A stretch of 57,624 bases of DNA from a virus (IMGVR_UViG_3300030397_000335:1-57624); one strand, 5' to 3'. Positions 45,012-54,779 are shown, counted from the stretch's first letter. The notes: generated by a model not told the origin, from the sequence alone. Program-made: numbers and translations.

Positions 45012-47122
45012 GCTTTCACCAGCTCATGCTTATAAGGCCCAGATATCGTATACCGCACAGACCCAGCATCCTTAATGTCGATATGCAGCGGCACGCCCCG
45101 CTCCCTACCGCGCTGGTAGCTGGTGAGCCATACAGGGCCAAGATAGGCGGCATATGGCTGCTCAAATTCGATCTTTATGAGATGATTGTTTCGCCACAAA
45201 GAAACCGCCTCTACCTCGGACGGTTCGTTTGTGAGCAAATACCAACACCCGCCCTGTAGTGCATGTATGCGAGGGTACGGAGGATCCTGGTCGTTGCCAT
45301 TATACTCATCCCCCAGCCACAGCGGGATTGCAGCGAATAAGGATTGCCACCCGTTCACCTGTGACGCTTCGATTGTTACCTGCACCCGCTCGCTGTTTAT
45401 ATCAAAAACTTTCCTGCACTGCCCAGGCAACGGATGAAGATTAGACTCAATGGTAATTACCGCGTTCTCCCTGTCAATACCGGGAGTGATTACAGGATGT
45501 TCAGCCCTTGCCGTTGATCCAACATTACCCAGCGCATCTGTGCCGTGTACGTGTTCCACCATCCACGAATCAATATTATCCCAGGTATCCGGCGTCGAAC
45601 CCTGACTGCCACGAGAACGCCCTAGTATGCCAATGCCGCCTTTCTCCGTCCAGAAGGCTGCTAAGGAGCCACCAGAAAGCCCACACAACCCTCCGTTGTC
45701 ACGGTCAGGGTACCAGCTCAGACCGCCCGTATGGATAGCACCACCCATACCGTGCAACTGCCAAGTTACAAAGTCTTCTCCATGTTGCTCTATATAATAA
45801 TCGCTACCATAAACAGTGACAGGTTTATTGATTGTATCAGGTATTTTTTCACTCCAGAACCCCTCTGGATAGTAATCCCATTCAAGCTGCGGGATATCCA
45901 GATGCCATGACGGCTGCCAGATCTTAGGCGTTTCGCCTAGTGGCCTTGTCCACGTGCCATAAGTGTCGTTAGCCTCTTGCTCGTTAGCGCGCCGTGTCCA
46001 GACCTCAATATCTAGGAGCATCTCACCGGGCGTCTTCAGACCGTAAGGCTGATCCCAGCTATTCAGGTTGCGCCCTGTGTACCTGAGATAAGCCGCCTCA
46101 TCAGTCAGGTAGCTAACCGCAACGTCCCGTCCAAACGACCAGTGCTGGTCTCTAGGGCTTCCGTCTGCGGTTGCTGTTGCCATGCTAGACGGGCCGTAGA
46201 ACTTGTACAAGCCTTCATCGGTGGGTTCTGGGAATGTCAAGTGAGCCTTTAGTTTACTCATCTTACCAAGTGCATCAATAACAAAGTCCCAGCCTGTTGC
46301 GTGTGCTAGCCAAGCCATGTACTTCATTGACACGCCGTTGTAAGACGGGTCGAACCCGCCGCCGTGGTCTATGTAACCTGCTTCGTTGAAGTGTTTTTCG
46401 AAGAATGTACGGGCATAACTGTTGTGAACTGGGTTGTCGTGATACGTGTAGTGCATCCCAATCAGGACGGGTAAATCCATGTCGGCTTGAATGCCTGTGG
46501 GCCCTGTAGCAACAAAAGCATCGTAAAAGCTGACAAGAGCTTCTTTGTAGGCCACCCTAGCATCATTCGCCTCTACATTAAGGCGCGCAGCAAATACATC
46601 AAACACATAAGCCCAAGACGCAAAAGCAGATCCGTACGTCTGAGAAAGGTATTTCTGCCTGTTAGCAAATTCCTCGTCTGTCTCTCCCTCCCGCTGCTCC
46701 ATGATGTCATCATATGCCATCATCATGTCCACCATGCACGCCACCAACGCCCTGTTAGCTACCTGCTCGTTCTGGTGGTACGGGTTGCCGGGGTAGTCCC
46801 AGCTATACAGCCACGCCATCGCCGCTGGCTCCACGTTGGCATAGAGGCGCATGTAGATTCCGTCTTCCGCCTCTATCTCCTCAAGCGTGTAGCAGCAGGG
46901 CGCTATCCGCACGCCATTGATGTTAGCTATCCGCCGCCCTAAGTCCTCAAAGGTTATCCAGGTGCGGTAGATGTCGTCGTCTTTTAGTCGTTCTCCATCT
47001 TCGAAGTATGTTTTATTAAATGAAAGACCAGGCAGGCCGCACTCAAAATCGGATTCGTCCTTGCCTACAATCCAATTTCTAAGCGTGACCTGCCAGTCGT
47101 GATTCTGGGGTAATGTTACCAT
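45008..47122 (-). CDS. Large hypothetical protein, possibly glycan-lyase-like
   Basis: 704 aa, aromatic/acidic; helical N-half and beta-rich C-half; function not established. Confidence 0.6.
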   Translation of the reverse strand: MVTLPQNHDWQVTLRNWIVGKDESDFECGLPGLSFNKTYFEDGERLKDDDIYRTWITFEDLGRRIANINGVRIAPCCYTLEEIEAEDGIYMRLYANVEPAAMAWLYSWDYPGNPYHQNEQVANRALVACMVDMMMAYDDIMEQREGETDEEFANRQKYLSQTYGSAFASWAYVFDVFAARLNVEANDARVAYKEALVSFYDAFVATGPTGIQADMDLPVLIGMHYTYHDNPVHNSYARTFFEKHFNEAGYIDHGGGFDPSYNGVSMKYMAWLAHATGWDFVIDALGKMSKLKAHLTFPEPTDEGLYKFYGPSSMATATADGSPRDQHWSFGRDVAVSYLTDEAAYLRYTGRNLNSWDQPYGLKTPGEMLLDIEVWTRRANEQEANDTYGTWTRPLGETPKIWQPSWHLDIPQLEWDYYPEGFWSEKIPDTINKPVTVYGSDYYIEQHGEDFVTWQLHGMGGAIHTGGLSWYPDRDNGGLCGLSGGSLAAFWTEKGGIGILGRSRGSQGSTPDTWDNIDSWMVEHVHGTDALGNVGSTARAEHPVITPGIDRENAVITIESNLHPLPGQCRKVFDINSERVQVTIEASQVNGWQSLFAAIPLWLGDEYNGNDQDPPYPRIHALQGGCWYLLTNEPSEVEAVSLWRNNHLIKIEFEQPYAAYLGPVWLTSYQRGRERGVPLHIDIKDAGSVRYTISGPYKHELVKA

Positions 47123-47187
47123 ATTTCCGCTGCACTAGTATGTTAGATTTGCAGCTACAATATACGGCTTGTCCCCTAGTCAATCTT

Positions 47188-47511
47188 TTACGCAGGCCGA
47201 TACTGAGCAAGCATACGGATACGCCAAAAGGCATCAATCCCGCCCTGTGCTGCCGTAATCTCAAGGAAATAGCTCACCCCGTCAGATACTGATACAGCCT
47301 TGTCAATCGTACCACTGTAATTACCGTTGGATGCTGCCTCATAGGACAGGGTGAGCGGCCATGATACACCGCTCACCTCTGTTCCAGACTGATCCTTCAG
47401 CGTAGCTGTAACAGTGGCAGAATTGAGGTAAGAGCTATCGGCAGCGTTCTGAAGGCCACTAACGTCTATCTGCGTGTCGTTGCTGATATATATATTTCCA
47501 CTAAGCGCCAT
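47188..47511 (-). CDS. Putative virion Ig-like protein
   Basis: ATVTATLKD.SG..V....GNY.G. Confidence 0.6.
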   Translation of the reverse strand: MALSGNIYISNDTQIDVSGLQNAADSSYLNSATVTATLKDQSGTEVSGVSWPLTLSYEAASNGNYSGTIDKAVSVSDGVSYFLEITAAQGGIDAFWRIRMLAQYRPA

Positions 47512-48070
47512 CGTCAGCCATAGTAAAGGTTGCCGTTACATCAAGCGTATCATTGTCGTCTAGCGACTTATCCCCACCCGAGAAAGCGCCAACGCTGTAA
47601 AGCGTGCCAGTCGTGCCGCTCTTTGTGTTGTTGCTTGTCAGAAACGCACCGCCAACCGTCGTACTGTTGGTTGAGCAGGTAAACGTAGCTGTTGATGCGC
47701 TATTCGTAACGCTTTGGCTCGATACGCCAGCATCTGTCCACGTAACGCGGTTTGCTTCGTCGTATGCCGTTACTTCTGTCCAGCCTGCGTGGCTAGACAT
47801 AGTATCGCCAGCGGCTACCGTTGGCGTACCGTCTGTTAGACCCACATACCATGTGGTAATCTGCGTGCCGCCTGATAGCGTAACATCTAACAAGTGATCG
47901 AGACCAGCATTCACAACGATGTTGTGGATCTCGTCTTCCCACTTGATATTCCCATCTTTATCACGGCAAACAATCTTATAATGCCCATCTACGCGGGCAC
48001 CGCTGCGTAAGCCGTTTCTTTTTGTTACCGAAGCGCCATAATCAGCGCCCGCTTTTCCATTTGCGTTCAT
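47501..48070 (-). CDS. Putative virion/tail-fibre-associated protein
   Basis: Thr/Gly/Ser-rich; N.VVN.GL..LLD, WYVGL, DTL.VT. Confidence 0.65.
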   Translation of the reverse strand: MNANGKAGADYGASVTKRNGLRSGARVDGHYKIVCRDKDGNIKWEDEIHNIVVNAGLDHLLDVTLSGGTQITTWYVGLTDGTPTVAAGDTMSSHAGWTEVTAYDEANRVTWTDAGVSSQSVTNSASTATFTCSTNSTTVGGAFLTSNNTKSGTTGTLYSVGAFSGGDKSLDDNDTLDVTATFTMADDGA

Positions 48071-50994
48071 TAGTCTGGTTTGATGTTGATTGTGCCGTTA
48101 ATTGCATTGTAAATATTGATAGTAGCAGTGATGTAGCCTAGGCTTGGATAGCTAAACGTATCACTGGCGGAAGCCCCTTCCGTCACTGATGCCGAGAGTC
48201 CTGTAGTGGCTGTCCACGTATCACCAGCTACCGCCCCTTCGCTTATGCTCGCCAGCGCTGCGAGTGATGCCGCGAATGACTCGCCCGCATCCGTCCCTTC
48301 CGCTATCGCCCCTGTTGCTGCCCCTGTTATGACAGCGGTAAACACATCTGTTGCGGTAGCCCCTTCCGATAAGCTTGATAGCTGCGCTGAAACCGCTAAC
48401 CACGTGTCACCAGCATCTGCGCCGTCTGATAGCGCCCCTGTTTCACCTGCGCCCGTAACAGCGCTGAATGCATCGCCAGCAGAAGCGCCTTCTATTATCG
48501 CTGCTGCTCTAGTGATTACTGTTGCCCACGTCTCTCCTGCTGATGCGCCTTCCGTTATAGCTGCAAGCGCGGCCATCGTCACGGCGAATGTATCGCCAGC
48601 ATCAGCACCATCCGTTACAGTACCTGTTTCACCGCTTGTCGGCGTGGTGACAGAGAACGTATGATCCCAAAAAGTCTCGGGGTCGTTCTGGTTATTGTAC
48701 TGCGTGAGCGCTAGATCAGAAGCCTCGCTGTCCACGTCATTACGTAGGCGCATCGCTGCCAGCGTGTCCTCGAAGTAGTCACTTCTTGCTCCGCCATCCC
48801 ACTCCTGTCCCCACGTCCATTTTCTACCACCAGATACGCTGCCTATGGTGACACCTGTATGTGTCTGCGTCTCGTCAAGCACACCATCCTTGTACCACTT
48901 AACGATAGTGTCACCGCTTGACTCCTCTACCGTCACGTACCAGTGATGATCGCCCGTAACCGATGTCCCTGTATTCTGAAGGCTAGATGCGCCAACAATT
49001 GACGCTAGGCTACCAGCAGACGAGAAGAGAAGCACAAACTGATTCGCTCCTGTGCCGTCGTGCTTGCCTATAATCGCATACTGAGTGGTTGTGTTGGGGA
49101 TGTTTGCCCAGAACTCAACCGTGATGTTGTTCTCAACATCGAAGTCGCTTAGTTCTATCTCGTCATTGGATGCATCGAAATCAAAGGCTTTCCAAATACC
49201 GCCAGGGCCGCTAACCAGCGCACCCATTGTACCGATGCTGGTACCGTCGTCAGTGCCTGTCGAATCTGGGACATCCCCGCTATTCCCTGTTGGGTCGTAC
49301 TTGGCGTTATACACGTTGCGGTAGACAGCATGCGCCCGCTTCGAGCCTAGCCAGCTATCACGCGGCGCTGCGGACTTCGTAGCGTCACCCCACCAGGCGT
49401 AAATGTCCTCACCATTAGTAGCATCAGCATCCGTTGTGTACGTCCATAGCTCCGCTGTGCCTCCCGTTGATGATGGCTGGAACGTCGTAATGTCCAGCGG
49501 TATCATGTCGGTACCAGCCTCGTCCTTAGAAAAACGAAGGCTGGGTGCTCCCCAGACTTCTGCTGTGGATTCGTCAGAGTCGATTAAAGCCGCTGGCAAT
49601 TGCCCCTCACGGATGATCCATGATGATGCGTTGACCGTGCCTGTGCCTGATATCTGAGCGGCTTTCGCCTGAAGCTGCACCCTGCGTGCGCTGCTGTTGT
49701 CTACATAGTCTAGTTCCAGTTCCGACTTAAAGGTCGCTCCTGTGCCGCTGTTGTAGTCATCTGAAAGCTCAGTAGATGAGAACAGGCCGCCGCGCCTGAA
49801 ATTAGCCTGGTCGATTAGCCCATCGAAATAGTTACCAGCGCCTACGGAGCCAAGAGACCATGAAGTGCCACGCGGCTCCGGTGTATCTCCTGATGTAGTC
49901 AGCGTCTCTGCCGTACCGTTGTTGATACGAACGCCCATCTCATTGTTGGTCTTGTCGTGGTAGAATGAGATGTGGCTCCACGTGTTGATAGCTACCGTCC
50001 CTGTGGTATCTAAAGTCTTTGCTCCTCCGGAGGTATTCAGCCTAAACCTGATAGCGCCTGTGGAGCGCAATTGAAGCGAATAACTGTTGTTATCCTGCCC
50101 CATGAGGCCATCATTCGCTAGGGCGTGCGGGTATATCCAAAGCTTCCCACAAAAGTCCTCATCCTCAATGTACTTGTAAATGTGGTCGTCGGATGACACG
50201 TACTCGCTAGACCCTGAAAGCTCAACGCCGTTGCCTACTTTGCCGGTGGTATAAGTAGGCGATCCAACCTCAGTGAGTACATCGTGCCTATCGCCGCGCT
50301 TCTCGTATACGTCCTCTAAATCGTAATAGGTCTCAGTCTCCCCAGTAGCTTCAAAGTAGCCGTAGATGCTACCTGAATTGTAAAGCTCTGTTATCTCGCT
50401 AGATGATGGGATATAGCCTTTATAAATCCAGACCTCGCCAATATCGCCTTCCATCAGGCTGGACGTATTGTGGCCGCCCACCCTGAACGTCGTGCTACGC
50501 GCACTAACATCATCAGTAACGCTAGTTGTGGACTCGCTGGTGTCATCAACGCGTATGCCTATCGTCTGCGTACTAGCTACAAACCACGCAAAGACGTGAT
50601 ACCACGTGCCGCTACTGTGCGTTGCCGCAATCTCGGCATTTACAGCGCCGCCGCTCGCCTTGTTTACCTGAAAGCGGATGCGCTCATTACTTCTCTTCTG
50701 GATGAGCCAGTCGGTGTTCTCTAGCCCAATAACCGAAACCTCAGAACCTACATCCCCCGCCTCGAACTTGAACCACAAAGAGATTGCCCAGTCAACGTCA
50801 CCAATTTGAAAAGCGTGGTTAATCCCTGTGGATAGGGACAGGTAATCAGTGGAGCCGTCAAAACTAGCCGCATAACCGCCGTTCGCTGAAGCGTACGTTG
50901 GCGTTCCGTTCTCAGTGAGGTGATACCTGTAGACATGGCTGTCTTCCTCGTCATGGAAGCGATAAGCCGCCTGAAGGTCCGTAAGTACTGACAT
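48070..50994 (-). CDS. Multi-LamG/concanavalin-like domain protein with C-terminal ~23-aa repeats
   Basis: Three LamG-like blocks (FDG..DY, W.H, G.I.E...LYNSG) and repeated EGA.AGD.(F/W) units. Confidence 0.8.
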   Translation of the reverse strand: MSVLTDLQAAYRFHDEEDSHVYRYHLTENGTPTYASANGGYAASFDGSTDYLSLSTGINHAFQIGDVDWAISLWFKFEAGDVGSEVSVIGLENTDWLIQKRSNERIRFQVNKASGGAVNAEIAATHSSGTWYHVFAWFVASTQTIGIRVDDTSESTTSVTDDVSARSTTFRVGGHNTSSLMEGDIGEVWIYKGYIPSSSEITELYNSGSIYGYFEATGETETYYDLEDVYEKRGDRHDVLTEVGSPTYTTGKVGNGVELSGSSEYVSSDDHIYKYIEDEDFCGKLWIYPHALANDGLMGQDNNSYSLQLRSTGAIRFRLNTSGGAKTLDTTGTVAINTWSHISFYHDKTNNEMGVRINNGTAETLTTSGDTPEPRGTSWSLGSVGAGNYFDGLIDQANFRRGGLFSSTELSDDYNSGTGATFKSELELDYVDNSSARRVQLQAKAAQISGTGTVNASSWIIREGQLPAALIDSDESTAEVWGAPSLRFSKDEAGTDMIPLDITTFQPSSTGGTAELWTYTTDADATNGEDIYAWWGDATKSAAPRDSWLGSKRAHAVYRNVYNAKYDPTGNSGDVPDSTGTDDGTSIGTMGALVSGPGGIWKAFDFDASNDEIELSDFDVENNITVEFWANIPNTTTQYAIIGKHDGTGANQFVLLFSSAGSLASIVGASSLQNTGTSVTGDHHWYVTVEESSGDTIVKWYKDGVLDETQTHTGVTIGSVSGGRKWTWGQEWDGGARSDYFEDTLAAMRLRNDVDSEASDLALTQYNNQNDPETFWDHTFSVTTPTSGETGTVTDGADAGDTFAVTMAALAAITEGASAGETWATVITRAAAIIEGASAGDAFSAVTGAGETGALSDGADAGDTWLAVSAQLSSLSEGATATDVFTAVITGAATGAIAEGTDAGESFAASLAALASISEGAVAGDTWTATTGLSASVTEGASASDTFSYPSLGYITATINIYNAINGTINIKPD

Positions 50995-51214
50995 ATAGCG
51001 CGCTTGCTAAGAGTGAGACGATGAATCGTCTGGCGCGCATGACTAGTGCGATTTGCGTTAGCCGCTGGGGATGCGTGCTAAGAGAGACCAGCGGGGGCGG
51101 TAATGATGCACATTAAACCCACCCCCACTATCCCAAAAGGGGTACAATGAAGTAATGAAATATACGAAAAAGCCCACACATGTTCCATTGTCACCTATAA
51201 GGATATGAGGCAAC

Positions 51215-51247
51215 AAAAAAGCCCCGGCCTTGCGTGAAGCCGGGGCT
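51215..51247 (-). terminator. Rho-independent terminator
   Basis: AGCCCCGGC/GCCGGGGCT stem followed by T6 on the minus strand. Confidence 0.75.
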
Positions 51248-51689
51248 GTGCGCATTAAGCGCTCCTATCTGATTCCTTAAGATGTGCCTGTTTACCTGCC
51301 TATGACCCACCGAATATAGGCAAGGTAAGGAGATGTGCCTTTTTGGAGATGACTCTTCTATTCCGAATTGCCATCAATCTACACACATATATCTAACCCT
51401 GCAACGCACATACAAAAGAGGGACAGAATGACTACAGAATTGTGACAAGAAAAAAGCCCGCCCCAAAAAAGAGGTAGGCTGGGTCAGCACTATTTAAGCA
51501 AATGCTTACTTGTAAAAATGTATGTAGGTCTTGACTGTTATTGTTGGTTAGGTAATATTTGATGCCCCACAACCGTTCTTAGCATCTAATTGAACGGATT
51601 TCCGTCTACCCCTAAGCGGCACAAATAGATCACAGTCTTGCGTGCCACAGAACCGTGAAAGGTGGAGGACCGATCTCCACCTGTAGCGG

Positions 51690-52670
51690 TTAGGCTCTCG
51701 GTTTAGGCTGAGAGCCTTTCTCGTTAGAGGGACCTTCCAAAGGCTTGGCATTAACCCTCAGACTGATTTGGTAGGGTCTGTCCCCCACTTTCTTCACTAC
51801 GTCTATCCTGACAGCTTCTACCGTGTCGTATCCCTCACTTGTTGCATTAAACACCATGTCTAATACCTCAAAGTCAATGAGTGATACAATAGCATCGACT
51901 AGATGCTTTGGGAGCACCCTGCCCCCACTACTATCTACGTAATTTCTTATTAAACCTTCATCGTCATTTTGGACGCTCTCTATGTGGGTAGTTTCACCTA
52001 CATCGGGTGAGACATTGTATAAAAAGGCTGGTTTAGTGTCATCCTGGTAAGCGACATTAGCAACAGCTTCAACCTGATCCCTACTTGTACCAGTACTAAC
52101 AATCGCCAGCCACCCCCCTAGCTCCTTAGACTGTACATAGTACCACGGTTTCGAACGCCACGCCAACCACATGGGAATACCGTTCGGCTCGTAGTACCTG
52201 GCTTCCAGCCTCGTTGATGGGTTACCAGAAAGCAGTGAACGCTCGTACTCTAAAGAATCCTCATTGGTGAAGACCTCACTGATCTTCTTGCCTATCAGTG
52301 GCACATGCTCTTCAATCTCGAACGTCTTTATATAGGCATCGGTAGCCAGGATAAAGCGCGCCTCCTTATCAAACATCGCAACGCTGTAAGGATTCTCAGC
52401 CAAGAAGGCTTCGTAGTACGGTAACGATTCGCCGTTCTCTAGTGGATATACCTCGCTCTCGTTCTGGATGTGTCCGAGCTGCTGCTTTGCCCTGTACTTG
52501 CCGTAACTAGCTTTTTCTATTAAACCTTCATGCATCATCCTCACCACTAGCTGTCTTACCTGATTCCCACCTATCCCCGTCGCCGCTGAAATCTGCTTAG
52601 GCGACATAGCACCTCCCCTATCAGCTAGTAGCTCTAATATAGCATCTTTGTGTGTTTTGTCTTCCTGCAT
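51690..52670 (-). CDS. Winged-helix + PAS domain regulator in the repressor position
   Basis: N-terminal wHTH (SPKQISAATGI...G.Y); PAS F...P.SVAMFD...IG....EVF...W..W...PW...GG; divergent from the early operon. Confidence 0.85.
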   Translation of the reverse strand: MQEDKTHKDAILELLADRGGAMSPKQISAATGIGGNQVRQLVVRMMHEGLIEKASYGKYRAKQQLGHIQNESEVYPLENGESLPYYEAFLAENPYSVAMFDKEARFILATDAYIKTFEIEEHVPLIGKKISEVFTNEDSLEYERSLLSGNPSTRLEARYYEPNGIPMWLAWRSKPWYYVQSKELGGWLAIVSTGTSRDQVEAVANVAYQDDTKPAFLYNVSPDVGETTHIESVQNDDEGLIRNYVDSSGGRVLPKHLVDAIVSLIDFEVLDMVFNATSEGYDTVEAVRIDVVKKVGDRPYQISLRVNAKPLEGPSNEKGSQPKPRA

Positions 52671-52697
52671 GTAACTGTTACACCATCGTTACAAGAA

Positions 52698-52741
52698 TGC
52701 TACTTGCAACTATTGACAAGTGCTACTAGCATTCGTATTAT
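52698..52741 (+). promoter_or_regulatory. Early promoter with two operator-like palindromes
   Basis: TTGACA (52713)-17-TATTAT (52736); TGCTACTTGCA (52698) and TGCTACTAGCA (52721). Confidence 0.8.
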
Positions 52742-52773
52742 GTGTCCGACACTATCAGTGACAATATAAAGCA

Positions 52774-52956
52774 ATGACACTCAAGGACAAACTAACGGAA
52801 AAGAAAACGGAGAGATTAGATGTTCGTGTCCCTGTCCACTTGATGGATAGAGTTAGGGCAATTGTAAATGCATCAGATGCTAACAAATCCGATGTTGCTC
52901 GAACAGCGCTTGAGTTGTGCCTCCCTAAGATAGAAAAGGAGTTCAACCTCGCATAA
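52774..52956 (+). CDS. Ribbon-helix-helix regulator (Cro-position)
   Basis: RLDVRVP..L..RV......NKSDVARTAL. Confidence 0.8.
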   Translation: MTLKDKLTEKKTERLDVRVPVHLMDRVRAIVNASDANKSDVARTALELCLPKIEKEFNLA

Positions 52957-53031
52957 CCTCTCCTAAATAAATGAAGCTCCAGGGCCGTCGTCGAAAACTT
53001 CCCCAGAGCTTCTGAAAACTTACATTTTCAG

Positions 53032-53394
53032 ATGAAAACTAAGCATTTATCTACGATAGACGCAACTCCCCCGGCTACAAAAAGACAGAGCGTTCTGCTC
53101 GTCTTCAAGAACACAAGATTGCCGCAGTACCCAGCATTCATGCTCCTGCGGTTCGTTCACGCCACATTCCCTAATGATAAGGCTGTCAACTACGTCGAAA
53201 TGGTTCGCACCGGACTGCGAATGCCTAAAGACCGATTCGATTTGTACGTAGCAGACGGTACGTTCGTACCTGCACCTACTACCGCCGTTCTTCTGGGAAG
53301 GGTTAAGCCCTCAACCAAATTTGAGATCATGCATAGCGAGACCTACGAGTCTCCGCGCATGGTAGACATGCACCGCTACCTCGAAGCGGCATAA
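53032..53394 (+). CDS. Hypothetical protein
   Basis: 120 aa; ends LEAA. Confidence 0.65.
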   Translation: MKTKHLSTIDATPPATKRQSVLLVFKNTRLPQYPAFMLLRFVHATFPNDKAVNYVEMVRTGLRMPKDRFDLYVADGTFVPAPTTAVLLGRVKPSTKFEIMHSETYESPRMVDMHRYLEAA

Positions 53395-53553
53395 ACACCT
53401 CTTGAAATCATGGAAGCATTACCAATGGCTACTGTCATCAGTAGCACGGTTGCCGCTGGCACTTCGCTAGTCACGCTTGGAGCAACCGCAGTCTATTTCT
53501 CGCAGCGCATTTGGCGCACGTTCACCCAGTTTGAAGGATTCAGGAGGTAGGTT

Positions 53554-53880
53554 ATGCGAATACCTAAACCATCAGAGCTTACAGGCAACCTGTTTGGCTC
53601 TCCGTTTGGCAAAAGAGAAAATGAGCAGGTAGCAAAGAACCTGCGAATCGTGGCAAAACTACGGGGTGATAATTGGCTCCCTTTCACATGGATTGACTAC
53701 ACAGAGCACTGCACACACACCGTAACAGAAAGCGAGCATAGCGTCATAAATAGGTTTGTAGATGATGATTTGCTGATAGAGCAAGAAGGAAAATACTACT
53801 TCACCAGCAAGATGATTGGATTCTATATGTACTGTGGAGAAGGAACTGTGATTGACCCTGAAAAACCAGTGATGAGGTAG
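53554..53880 (+). CDS. Hypothetical protein
   Basis: 108 aa; SD AGGAGG. Confidence 0.75.
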   Translation: MRIPKPSELTGNLFGSPFGKRENEQVAKNLRIVAKLRGDNWLPFTWIDYTEHCTHTVTESEHSVINRFVDDDLLIEQEGKYYFTSKMIGFYMYCGEGTVIDPEKPVMR

Positions 53881-53884
53881 CGCA

Positions 53885-54124
53885 ATGCACGGACAGGACG
53901 GACAATACGAACCCCCTGAGTATCCAGATGACCGCGATGAAGCGGATCGGTGGGAGTGGCTCACGACGCACAACTGCCCGATGGACGAACTGGCTTACGA
54001 TTACAGTCGCACAGTCTACGAGGATGTGCAAGAGATCAAGGTATGTCCCGCGTGCTGGGAGAAGGTTTGGAAACACGCTGGAGGCATCATGCGCCTACAC
54101 CAGCACAGCAAGATAGCAGCATGA
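53885..54124 (+). CDS. Hypothetical protein, possible Zn-binding
   Basis: CP...CPAC; SD GAGG. Confidence 0.65.
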   Translation: MHGQDGQYEPPEYPDDRDEADRWEWLTTHNCPMDELAYDYSRTVYEDVQEIKVCPACWEKVWKHAGGIMRLHQHSKIAA

Positions 54125-54321
54125 CCGAAGACGGACTCATACTAACCCTCAGCAAGAACCACGACGGTGACTGGGTTCTCAGTCTGGACGACGAGATCTG
54201 GGAGTGCGCCATAACAATCGAAGGGGTCATTGAGAAGTGGAATAAGGCGAAATCAGCCGAATATGGCACTGCTAAAGCCCCTGAAAGCATCACATTGATA
54301 CTGCCCTTTGACAATGAATAG
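54121..54321 (+). CDS. Hypothetical protein
   Basis: Start MTEDG at the ATGA overlap. Confidence 0.65.
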   Translation: MTEDGLILTLSKNHDGDWVLSLDDEIWECAITIEGVIEKWNKAKSAEYGTAKAPESITLILPFDNE

Positions 54322-54424
54322 CGACGAACAGCACGGATGCCGTGTGCTCATAGCGGTCTTTATATGGCTCTTTTGCATACTGCTCTTCATAGGCGTTGTC
54401 GTGACAGGGCTTAGTTCTTTATAA
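54314..54424 (+). CDS. Small membrane peptide (36 aa)
   Basis: MNSDEQHGCRVLIAVFIWLFCILLFIGVVVTGLSSL. Confidence 0.55.
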   Translation: MNSDEQHGCRVLIAVFIWLFCILLFIGVVVTGLSSL

Positions 54425-54432
54425 GATTGACT

Positions 54433-54779
54433 TTGGGTTGTGGATGGATCGTAGCCAGTCCAAACGCCTATCCCCGCTGGTACCGAGCGGCACAGGTGCA
54501 GAGGATGCACAACCCAATCCCATTGGAGCACCGGATACAACGAGCATCGCCCATCAGGGCCGTGCGAGTCGTAGTTCGAAGGATGGTGAATGGCAAATTG
54601 CCAACAAGTCGCAGCGAAATGCTGTGCCCGGTGCTCCAACTCTTTGTCCGGTGAATCGTCCTCGTGCGAATCTTAGAGAAGACCGGACAACACAGAAAGC
54701 GGTGGGTGATTGAGCATCACCTAAGAGCACCGCTTTGCTGATCCATAGGGGCGGGGCTTAAACGCCATGCCTCCGCCCC
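54433..54779 (+). ncRNA. Putative array of structured non-coding RNA elements
   Basis: Five consecutive closed stems of 9-12 bp, three with clear inner hairpins; no convincing ORF. Confidence 0.55.

Noticed and set aside
48070-50994. Diversity-generating retroelement acting on the LamG or tail genes
   Set aside because: No reverse transcriptase in the genome and no TR/VR pair with adenine-specific differences was seen; the C-terminal repeats are protein-level.
51189-52763. Single GTGACA/TGTCAC hits at 51189, 51442 and 52758 as operators
   Set aside because: A hexamer is expected a few dozen times by chance in 57 kb; isolated hits are not evidence without binding data.
54523-54639. Canonical tRNA gene
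   Set aside because: Acceptor-like ends, but 117 nt long with no properly placed T-loop or 7-nt anticodon loop; kept only as a putative ncRNA.
54253-54713. ORFs 54427-54654, 54438-54713 and 54253-54639
   Set aside because: No SD or coupling, atypical composition, and they overlap the stem array.
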